DNA of 42,967 nt from Gammaproteobacteria bacterium. GTDB lineage: Bacteria; Pseudomonadota; Gammaproteobacteria; Steroidobacterales; SZUA-146. Shown here piece by piece: positions 35,532-42,967 of this stretch. Numbering within the stretch: the stretch's first letter is position 1; each line of letters starts with the position of its first letter. The DNA is taken from NCBI GenBank assembly GCA_013002925.1, contig JABDLQ010000274.1, forward strand, positions 1-42,967, read 5' to 3'. The notes under the pieces are model-generated. The model had not been told where the DNA came from. It saw only the letters and a program-made list of their open reading frames with translations, and made no database searches. The translations under genes and the position numbers were made by a program.

Positions 35532-35564
35532 AAAAAAACGCCCCCACGGTTGTGGGGGCGTTTT
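35532..35564 (-). terminator. Intrinsic terminator of the phasin gene (possibly bidirectional)
   Basis: AAAAAAA-CGCCCCCAC-ggtt-GTGGGGGCG-TTTT on the + strand, about 25 bp past the phasin stop. Confidence 0.9.
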
Positions 35565-35589
35565 CAGTTACGCGGTCAGCCTGTTGTTG

Positions 35590-36183
35590 CTAGGCGACTT
35601 TTCGGGTTCGCTTTTTGGCGGTTTTACGTACAGTCTTGCCCGCTTTAGTTGCCTTCTTTTTGGCGGTTTTTTTGGATCTTGAGACTTTTTTACCTGGCTG
35701 ACGAGCCAGCTTGGTCGCTGTTTTGCGGGTGCGCTTGACAGCTTTTTCACTCTCTTTGCCAAATTCACCGGCAATGTCCACAACCCAGTCCCGCAGTTCA
35801 GCACCAGTGTCCGTGAACACCGCAATGACGTTGCGGGTATCGCGTGTTAAGCGCTCACGGGTTTTTGGCATCAGATCGACCTGATCGCTCCAGAGCATCT
35901 GAAAGCTGTCGGCATTTGCAGCTACGTCGAGGCGTTTCGCCACGCCGCGCAAACTGCCTTGTACCAGGCGGCTTTGCTCATTGAGCAAACGTGCCAGCAT
36001 GTCGTGAGAAATTTTGTTTAATTTCAGACCTTTATTTGAAGCCTTAGCAACATCCTTCGTGCTTTTGGCAACCCAGTCTGAACTGGTTTCAGCCAGCTTG
36101 CGGCTGCGCTTTACGCTGGCAGTTGCCAGATTTACAGAACCGTCTACAACGGGTTGAACAATCTTTTCGATGACCGGATTCAT
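35590..36183 (-). CDS. Phasin-family (PHA granule-associated) protein with Lys-rich histone-H1-like tail
   Basis: ATG 36183 follows AGGAGG. Amphipathic helical core ('LDVAANADSFQMLWSDQVDL') and tail 'KKVSRSKKTAKKKATKAGKTVRKTAKKR'. PhaR-like TGC repeats overlap the promoter. Confidence 0.7.
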   Translation of the reverse strand: MNPVIEKIVQPVVDGSVNLATASVKRSRKLAETSSDWVAKSTKDVAKASNKGLKLNKISHDMLARLLNEQSRLVQGSLRGVAKRLDVAANADSFQMLWSDQVDLMPKTRERLTRDTRNVIAVFTDTGAELRDWVVDIAGEFGKESEKAVKRTRKTATKLARQPGKKVSRSKKTAKKKATKAGKTVRKTAKKRTRKVA

Positions 36184-36216
36184 GATGGCCTCCTGTGTGG
36201 TTAACAAAACACTAAA

Positions 36217-36256
36217 TGTTGCATTGCACTATACGAGTTTTGTTGCACTGTGTCAA
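36217..36256 (-). promoter_or_regulatory. sigma70 promoter with overlapping PhaR-like TGC-rich operators
   Basis: Minus strand TTGACA (36256-51), 17 bp, TATAGT (36233-28). Repeats GTGCAACA and GTGCAATGCAACA flank the -10. Confidence 0.75.
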
Positions 36257-36394
36257 TTATTTTAAGCCCGCAATTTAACGGGTGTGAAAACCTGTTTTTG
36301 AGATAAGCAAAATCCTTAGATACAACGATCAAATAGTCAGGGTTCACCGGATAATTGCTTCTGCCAAAACGTGCAAATCACCGAACTCTTGAAG

Positions 36395-36444
36395 TGTGAT
36401 GACTCTCACAAGTAAAAGCCCATGGCCTCTTTACAATCCGAATA
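36395..36444 (+). promoter_or_regulatory. CRP/Clp-type box with class II promoter for the DUF11 operon
   Basis: TGTGA-TGACTC-TCACA at 36395-36410; -10 TACAAT at 36432-37 gives a centre at -41.5. Confidence 0.75.
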
Positions 36445-36621
36445 TTGTTGAGTAACCGGTCACTTGGGGGCCAATTGCGGGTGCGATCAGGCGTTCGGCC
36501 TTCAGACAAAGTGCATCGGTATGTGGTTTTCCCTGGTTTATGTCGCATGACCAGACCATCTGATTATTGATCAGGCGCGCCAGAGGGATGTCCTGTAAGG
36601 GGCGTCGGTATTTAAGTATTC

Positions 36622-37626
36622 ATGACAGATTTCCGTCAACAGCGAGTATGGTGGCAGCTGCTTTGCGCAGCCGGAATCCTGTGGAGTCGTGCTGACGCAT
36701 TTGCTGAGGGCACAATCGCCGGTACCGACATCGCTAATACTGCCCGGATCGAGTACAGCGTCGGTGTCAATTCTGTCACCACGTCCTCAAACACCGCCGT
36801 AGTGACGGTTGCAGAGATTATCGACGTCGATGTCGTGTTACAAAGCGGCCAGGTACCCGTAGGCCCCGGTGAGACAAACCAGGGCCTCGTGTTCACGATT
36901 ACCAATACCGGTAATGGTACTGAAACGTTTACGCTGATTGCGGACAGCACGCTGCCAGGTGATGATTTTGATCCGGTGTTGTCGTCACCGAACCCGATAT
37001 TTTTTGACACCGATGGCAGCGGTGATTTCTCGGCTGCAGACGTCGCCTATCTTCCGGGAACGAATGATCCAGAATTGAGTCCGGACGAGCATATCACTGT
37101 AGTGGTCCTGAACGACATACCAGCCAGCGGTTTGGTTGACACCCAGACTGGCAGCACGCGCCTGCACGTTGAAGCACGCACAGGGGTGGGTGTGGCCGGC
37201 ACAATTTTTGTCGGTGCCGGTGATGGGGGTGTGGATGCGATGGCGGGAGCCACGGAAGGCGATGGCGAAGACACCGGCGAGTACATGATCAAGACCATCG
37301 ACCTGAATGTTTCAAAATCGGCCGGCATTAGCGATCCCTTTGGCAACGCTCTACCTGTGCCAGGTGCCGAAATTACCTATCGCATCGAAGTTTCGGTAAC
37401 CGGTACCGGGGTGGCATCCGGTGTTGTGATGACAGATGTTATTCCTGCGCACACCACGTATGTGCCCGGGACTATCGAGCTTAATGGTACGCAGCTCACT
37501 GACGCACCTGATGCCGATGTCGGTGAGTTTAACGCCGGCACTGATCCAGCCGTTGCGGTGCAAATAGGCGATATTTCTGAAGCCGGCGGCCCACAGGTTG
37601 TCGAATTTAAAGTTGTAATCAATTGA
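36622..37626 (+). CDS. Secreted DUF11-domain pilin-like protein
   Basis: Signal peptide ending 'ADAFA|E'; N-terminal 'GTIAGTDIANTA'; middle 'FTITNTGN'; C-terminal 'LNVSK...PGAEITYRI...TDVIPAHTTYVPGT'. Confidence 0.85.
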   Translation: MTDFRQQRVWWQLLCAAGILWSRADAFAEGTIAGTDIANTARIEYSVGVNSVTTSSNTAVVTVAEIIDVDVVLQSGQVPVGPGETNQGLVFTITNTGNGTETFTLIADSTLPGDDFDPVLSSPNPIFFDTDGSGDFSAADVAYLPGTNDPELSPDEHITVVVLNDIPASGLVDTQTGSTRLHVEARTGVGVAGTIFVGAGDGGVDAMAGATEGDGEDTGEYMIKTIDLNVSKSAGISDPFGNALPVPGAEITYRIEVSVTGTGVASGVVMTDVIPAHTTYVPGTIELNGTQLTDAPDADVGEFNAGTDPAVAVQIGDISEAGGPQVVEFKVVIN

Positions 37627-37643
37627 CCCGCAAGGGGGAGCAC

Positions 37644-38132
37644 ATGATGAAATCTATCCGCATGTTCATAACCGTCTCTGTAGCCATTGCAAGTGTCGCG
37701 GTTGGCGCCCAGCAAGCACCGGTTTCAATGACGACAGTTGCAGAGAAAGAGGAAGCCTATACCGACGGGCAGGGTATTGAACGCACCCGCCTGGTACCCG
37801 TGGCAACCGTTATTCCCGGTGATCGCATCGTCTACACGATTACTTTTGCAAACAAGGGAGAGGAAGTCGCAGATAACATCAATGTCGTCGATCCGATTCC
37901 TGAACAGATGCGCTTTATTGCGGGCTCGGCGTTTGGGCCGGGCACCAAAATCACTTTTTCCGCTGATGGCGGAAAGACGTTTGGACTGCCTGGTGACATT
38001 ACGGTAGTTGATGACACAGGGCGCGTGCGATCTGCATCACCAGCGGATTACACCCATATCAGATGGAAATTTCTGAGCCCGCTGAAACCTGGAACACAAG
38101 CGTATGCGCAGTTTAAGGCAGAGCTGAAATAA
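37644..38132 (+). CDS. Small secreted single DUF11-like domain protein
   Basis: RBS GGGGGAG before ATG 37644/37647; signal peptide; 'PGDRIVYTITFANKG...VVDPIPEQMRFIAGSA'. Confidence 0.85.
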   Translation: MMKSIRMFITVSVAIASVAVGAQQAPVSMTTVAEKEEAYTDGQGIERTRLVPVATVIPGDRIVYTITFANKGEEVADNINVVDPIPEQMRFIAGSAFGPGTKITFSADGGKTFGLPGDITVVDDTGRVRSASPADYTHIRWKFLSPLKPGTQAYAQFKAELK

Positions 38133-38186
38133 GTTATCCCGGGCCTGCTGATGGCAGGTCTGGCTGTTTTTATTGAGGAGTGTATT

Positions 38187-39446
38187 GTGAAATTTTCACG
38201 CAAAAACCTGTACCCGCTGTTGCAGCTGCTGATTCCCGCGTTAGCATTGATTTATACGCAAGCCGGGCTGGCTGCCGGAACTGATCCGGGAGGTACAGCA
38301 GCGGGTACCAGCGTAGCCAACCAGGCGACACTGGACTATGAAATTGGTGGTATCCCACAAACCCAGGTGTTGAGTGACAATGACGGTAATCCCGCCAACG
38401 GCTCCAATGCAACGACCTTTGTCGTTGATCGCAAACTGGACGCACTGGTCAGCGAAAATGGCGCCACCTACAACAGTTCCACCACTGCCACAGTGGTACC
38501 CGGACTTTCCCAGGGAGGTGGCAGTACCGGGGCCGTGTTGTCATTTACGGTAACCAACGAGGGCAATGAGGTTCAGGACTTTAGCCTGTCGGCAGCGCCC
38601 ACGGTGTTTGATCCTTTCAGCGGTACGGATAATTTTGATGCCACAAACGTCAATATTTTTGTTGATGGCAATGGTAATGGTACCTATGAACCGGCGATTG
38701 ACACCGCAACTTACATTGACGAACTGGACTACTTTGGGAACGGCGCAGGTAATCCGAGCTCCACTGTAGTTTTTGTGGTCGCCGATATTCCGGCGGTACA
38801 GGTCAACGGTGACATTGCGGCCTATGTGCTGAATGCGCAGGTAGCTGAAGGCGGCACCGCTGCCACACAAGGCGCAGATATCACGACTGATGATTCCGCA
38901 GTGGCCGATGATCCTGCAGTTGTACAGGATGTGTTTGCAGATAGTGAAAACACCAACAATGCCGGAGATGGAATCAGCGATGGAATCGCTTCTATTGAAG
39001 ATGCATACCTGATATCGTCGCCTACACTGACGATTGCGAAAAGTTCAGCGGTGATTAGTGATCCGTTTACATGCCCGGTTTTGCCATGTGCACCGGGTAC
39101 GGATCCGAAGGCGATACCGGGAGCGGTCATTGAGTATACGATCGCCATTGTTAACGCTACAGGAGCAGCTGCCGCGACCAATGTCAGCGTGTCAGATGAT
39201 CTGTCATCTGAAATCGTTGGTGGTGGGGGCACCGAAAGTATCGACTTTTTGCTGGGTCAATATGGTGGCGCTGGCGCCGACATAGAGTTGACTGTGAACA
39301 GTGGAGGAACCGTGGTAACCAATCTCGGTGCATCAGCGTTTGACGGTGACGCGGGTCAGTTTGTTGCCAACGTTGTGACAGTGACAGTCGCTAACCTGGC
39401 GGGTGGGGAGTCTGCAGAAGTCAGGTTCCGCGTGGAAATTCAGTAA
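38187..39446 (+). CDS. Secreted DUF11-domain pilin-like protein (candidate major subunit)
   Basis: GTG 38187 follows GAGGAG; signal peptide; 'GTAAGTSVANQA'; 'FTVTNEGN'; C-terminal 'LTIAK...AIPGAVIEYTIAIVN...VSDDL'. Confidence 0.85.
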   Translation: MKFSRKNLYPLLQLLIPALALIYTQAGLAAGTDPGGTAAGTSVANQATLDYEIGGIPQTQVLSDNDGNPANGSNATTFVVDRKLDALVSENGATYNSSTTATVVPGLSQGGGSTGAVLSFTVTNEGNEVQDFSLSAAPTVFDPFSGTDNFDATNVNIFVDGNGNGTYEPAIDTATYIDELDYFGNGAGNPSSTVVFVVADIPAVQVNGDIAAYVLNAQVAEGGTAATQGADITTDDSAVADDPAVVQDVFADSENTNNAGDGISDGIASIEDAYLISSPTLTIAKSSAVISDPFTCPVLPCAPGTDPKAIPGAVIEYTIAIVNATGAAAATNVSVSDDLSSEIVGGGGTESIDFLLGQYGGAGADIELTVNSGGTVVTNLGASAFDGDAGQFVANVVTVTVANLAGGESAEVRFRVEIQ

Positions 39447-39471
39447 CGCGAGTAAGGATACGGGAATACGT

Positions 39472-42400
39472 ATGTTGAGCCACCTGCTGATGGTATCCGG
39501 ATTGCCCGGCGCGCTGCGCTGGCTGATGCGATGTGCTCAACAACGCAGGCAACGCAAGCGCACTGATTCCATAGTTGGCGGGGGTGCTTCGACACACTCC
39601 AGACGTGGAGCGCGACGCTGGTCAGCGCGCTTTACGGTTCTCCTGTTTTTACCCGTGTGCGGGATAACTGCAACCAGCGCCCAGACACTACCCGGGACAC
39701 AGCTGCAGAATATTGCCGGGATCACCTGGCTGGCAGCCCCCGGAGGGGTGAGCAGCGTTACCAGTAATCCGGTCACTATTCGCACAGTATTGCCTGATTC
39801 AAGCGCTGCAGTAAGTTTCACCCGGCCCGCTCTCGTAAGCGGAACAGTTGATACCTTGTACGAAACAGCCTGTCAGGGTTCGGCGGGCACAGTTGCGTTA
39901 CCTGATCCGACGTTGCTGGATGGCACCTCCTTGCCGACAGGGAGCAGCCTGCAATTTTCCACCAGTAATGTGTTTCACGCCGGCGAGCCCCTGTTTATCC
40001 GGCTTGAAGATGCTGATCAAAACCTTGACGGTCTGAGTATAGATTTCATCGATGTGACCGTGGAGTTTGAGGCGACCGGCGATGTCGAGTTTATCAAACT
40101 GGCGGAAACCGGAGAAAACTCAGGAGTATTCCTTGGGTATGTGCCGACAAGCATTACTGCTGCCATACGCAGCGATTGTGTGCTTCAGGTTGCAGTCAAC
40201 GATCGCGCTACAGTGCGTTACACCGATCCCACTGATGGCGCGGATATTGCCGCAAACAGCGCGCTGGTCGATCCGCGCGGAGTCGTGTTTGACTCGGCAA
40301 CTGGTCAACCTGTCGATGGCGTCACCATTACTCTGATCGATACGTTGACCGGGATGCCCGCGATCGTGCGTGGAGACGACGGCATCAGCAGCTACCCTGC
40401 GCAAGTGATTTCAGGTGGGAGCGCCACTGACGGGGCTGGAAATAATTATACTTTTGCACCTGGCGGCTATGTTTTTCCGCTGGTTGCCCCGGGTAGCTAT
40501 CGGTTACAGGTAGATTCGCCGCCAGGATTCAGCTCACCATCACTGGTGTCAATTGCCGAGCTACAGCAATTGCCCGGTGCACCGTTTGCATTGGGAGCGG
40601 CCTCGTATGGTGCAGTGTTTGTGGTGACTCCAGGCCCGATCATTCATATCGATATCCCACTTGACACAGCATCCAGCGATTTGTTTTTGCAAAAATCAAC
40701 CGTGACCACCGTGGCGGCGCCGGGAGATTTTGTGCAATACGAGTTGCGGCTGGACAATGCCAATCCGACCTCGAACGTTACTGCTGCCCGCATTCTGGAT
40801 CAATTGCCCGCGGGGTTTCGCTATGTTCGTGGCTCCACCGTTATTGACGGCAACACCGCAGCCGATCCACAAATTGATACGGACGGACGTTCGCTGACAT
40901 TTACCCTGGGTACGCTCGGCCCCACGCAGAGCCGACGTGTAAGCTATGTGACGGAAATTACTACTGCAACGAACGGTCAGCAAGCAACAAATACCGCCGT
41001 TGCCCAGGCCGGTGGTGCGGCGCAATCGAACATTGCGAGCACCACAATTACCCTGGCGGAAGATTTGTTCGCGAGCCGCAGCATACTGATTGGGCGAATT
41101 ATCGAGGGCAGTTGCGACAACGATGTCAGTAACGACACTGTTGGTCTTGCCAACGCCCGCGTGTATATGGAGGACGGCCGTTACGCGATTACCGATGAGG
41201 GTGGACGTTTTCATTTCGAAGGAATCCAGCCTGGTGCGCACGTAGTGCAACTTGATGTAGACAGCCTGCCGCGTGACTACGAAGTAATGCCCTGCCAGGA
41301 GAACTCGCGGTTTGCAGGCCGTTCATTTTCGCAGTTCGTCGATTTGCGTCCCGGCGCGCTGTGGCGCGCAGATTTTTATGTGCAGAAAACCCCGCCCAAG
41401 ACCGGTGACGTAAGCATTGAGCTGTCCAGTGTGCCCAATGGGGACCGGGTTGAGTACGCGCTGGAGATAACGGGTGCGGGTTCTGTTGGTCTCGAAGATA
41501 TCCGCAGCATGGTGTTGCTGCCCGACGGGTCAAATTATCTTGCCGGCAGCGCCACCCTCGACGCGCAACCGGTTGTTGATCCTGAAGTTGAAGGTGCGGT
41601 GCTCGCCTGGAACCTGGGGGCGCGCAGCGGTGACTGGCACCATGTTCTACGCTTCTCCACGCAAATAAATTCTCATGGCAGCCGTGAGCATCTGACCAAA
41701 GCAATGGCGCTGTTCACTACACCGGCCAAAAAACAACAGCGCACGCCGTTGGCTGAAAACCTGTTCGTGTTTGTGCCGCCGGCGTATGAACGCATGGAGT
41801 GGGTGCTGGAGCCACGGTTTGGTGTGCGCAACGCGCAGTTAACTGATACAGATCGACAAGACATCAAAATGCTGGTGTCACGCATCGATCTTACTCGTGA
41901 CATTCGGGTGCGTGCTGTAGGACATACTGATAATGTACGCATCGCCCCGGAAAATCGCAGGGAGTATGCGAACAACTACGAGCTGTCGCTGGATCGTGCG
42001 CGCACGGTAGCAAACTATCTGCGTGATCTGTTGAAGTTGACACCCAGCCAGATAACGGTCGAAGGCAAAGGGCCGGACATGCCGGTGGCAAGTAACACGA
42101 CGCGGGATGGGCGTGCACGCAATCGCCGCGTTGAGCTGACCATTTGGGCGGAACGGCAACAAATCGGCTTGCAACAAATTTCCGCAGAGCAAAGTCGCCT
42201 GAACAGTGGCGCGCAAAAGGCAACCGTAACGGGCTCGTTAACAGCGGATGAAATGCAGGATACGGCAGTTCCACAAAGCGACGACGATCTGTACCTCGAT
42301 ACTGCATGGGCAGATCGCCTTTCACCTGGCATTGAGCTGCTGCTGCCACGTGAAGGATTTAACCCGGCGATACCGAGCCTCAAAATTGCTGTCAAGCATG

Positions 42401-42967
42401 CTCCGCAGCACAAAGTCAGCGTTTCGATAAACGGTGAGCCTGTCAGCGGCATACATTTTGATGGCGTGACGCGTAAGCAGGATAAATCTGTGATTATCAG
42501 TCGCTGGCGTGGCACTAACATCGTGCCCGGTGATAATCAGCTTGAGATCGAGGTGCGTGATCGCGATGGCGCGGTTGCTCAACGCATCGTGCGTAACGTT
42601 CACTACAGCGGCGGGCCGGTGCGGGCGCGATTCAATCAGAGCAGCTCGAAACTGGTCGCAGATGGCAGAAGCCGGCCGCTCATTGTACTGGATATGTTTG
42701 ATCGCGAGGGTTACCCGGCCAGACCAGCTGCGGTCGGAGTTTATCATGTCGCTCCTCCGTATCGTTCCCAGTGGGAGGTTGATGCTGCGCGCGAAAACCA
42801 ATTGATCAGTGTGGGTGACCGTGATCCGGTTTACTCCCTCAATGAGCAAGGGCAGGCAGTGATAGAACTGGAGCCGACCAGTCGCGCCGGGGAGGTGGTG
42901 TTAAACCTGAGTTTTGAAAACAATCGGGAACAGGAAGTTCGTGTCTGGCTGGCCCCGGCTGCGCGTG
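39472..42967 (+). CDS. Very large exported DUF11 + OmpA-like domain protein, 3'-truncated by the window (absent from the ORF track)
   Basis: Frame +1 reads open from ATG 39472 to the window end (>1,160 codons). Signal '...VLLFLPVCGITATSA|Q'; complete DUF11 at ~40678-41056; OmpA-like 'VGHTDN...NYELSLDRARTV...GKGPDMPVASN...GRARNRRVEL' at ~41806-42150. Exact start is uncertain. Confidence 0.88.
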   Translation, partial: MLSHLLMVSGLPGALRWLMRCAQQRRQRKRTDSIVGGGASTHSRRGARRWSARFTVLLFLPVCGITATSAQTLPGTQLQNIAGITWLAAPGGVSSVTSNPVTIRTVLPDSSAAVSFTRPALVSGTVDTLYETACQGSAGTVALPDPTLLDGTSLPTGSSLQFSTSNVFHAGEPLFIRLEDADQNLDGLSIDFIDVTVEFEATGDVEFIKLAETGENSGVFLGYVPTSITAAIRSDCVLQVAVNDRATVRYTDPTDGADIAANSALVDPRGVVFDSATGQPVDGVTITLIDTLTGMPAIVRGDDGISSYPAQVISGGSATDGAGNNYTFAPGGYVFPLVAPGSYRLQVDSPPGFSSPSLVSIAELQQLPGAPFALGAASYGAVFVVTPGPIIHIDIPLDTASSDLFLQKSTVTTVAAPGDFVQYELRLDNANPTSNVTAARILDQLPAGFRYVRGSTVIDGNTAADPQIDTDGRSLTFTLGTLGPTQSRRVSYVTEITTATNGQQATNTAVAQAGGAAQSNIASTTITLAEDLFASRSILIGRIIEGSCDNDVSNDTVGLANARVYMEDGRYAITDEGGRFHFEGIQPGAHVVQLDVDSLPRDYEVMPCQENSRFAGRSFSQFVDLRPGALWRADFYVQKTPPKTGDVSIELSSVPNGDRVEYALEITGAGSVGLEDIRSMVLLPDGSNYLAGSATLDAQPVVDPEVEGAVLAWNLGARSGDWHHVLRFSTQINSHGSREHLTKAMALFTTPAKKQQRTPLAENLFVFVPPAYERMEWVLEPRFGVRNAQLTDTDRQDIKMLVSRIDLTRDIRVRAVGHTDNVRIAPENRREYANNYELSLDRARTVANYLRDLLKLTPSQITVEGKGPDMPVASNTTRDGRARNRRVELTIWAERQQIGLQQISAEQSRLNSGAQKATVTGSLTADEMQDTAVPQSDDDLYLDTAWADRLSPGIELLLPREGFNPAIPSLKIAVKHAPQHKVSVSINGEPVSGIHFDGVTRKQDKSVIISRWRGTNIVPGDNQLEIEVRDRDGAVAQRIVRNVHYSGGPVRARFNQSSSKLVADGRSRPLIVLDMFDREGYPARPAAVGVYHVAPPYRSQWEVDAARENQLISVGDRDPVYSLNEQGQAVIELEPTSRAGEVVLNLSFENNREQEVRVWLAPAAR

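Noticed and set aside
35242-35547. 101-aa minus-strand ORF downstream of the phasin
   Set aside because: Starts inside the terminator hairpin, has no RBS and shows no recognisable features.
39537-42849. Many short ORF-track entries at the right end
   Set aside because: All overlap the single long frame +1 gene from 39472, which the track omitted for lack of a stop codon.

Overview
Chromosomal window of a Gram-negative bacterium, probably a gammaproteobacterium (inferred from GlrKR/QseG, SrkA, DusA, GlyGly-CTERM and CRP-type boxes). I found no tRNA, rRNA, CRISPR array or mobile element. The left third is part of an exosortase-A/PEP-CTERM-type exopolysaccharide region: GT4 glycosyltransferase, PLP decarboxylase plus acyl-CoA ligase, LhgO-like oxidase, RfbF-like cytidylyltransferase, PIG-L deacetylase and WecB. 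It contains a self-contained unit made of a CRP-type class II promoter, a c-di-GMP-I riboswitch, a ~2,810-aa GlyGly-CTERM surface protein with 17 two-cysteine Ig-like repeats, and a terminator. The middle holds glrK-qseG-glrR (GlrR lacks GAFTGA), galE, srkA, a lipoprotein metallopeptidase pair, typA, a PAS-GGDEF-EAL protein, an FGase/YbdK pair, dusA, a methyltransferase, a cyclase-FHA protein and a phasin. The right end is a four-gene secreted DUF11 operon whose last, very large OmpA-domain gene runs off the window and is absent from the ORF track. Two observations stand out. (1) The DUF11 proteins appear split into N-terminal donor strands carrying Asn and C-terminal acceptor half-domains carrying Lys and Asp, which suggests a donor-strand-complemented, isopeptide-crosslinked fibre with anchor, shaft and cap subunits. 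(2) Three or four CRP boxes lie at the same class II spacing ahead of the adhesin, the GGDEF-EAL gene, the DUF11 operon and possibly galE, which suggests a cAMP/c-di-GMP surface-attachment regulon. All family assignments come from motif recognition by eye, not database searches.
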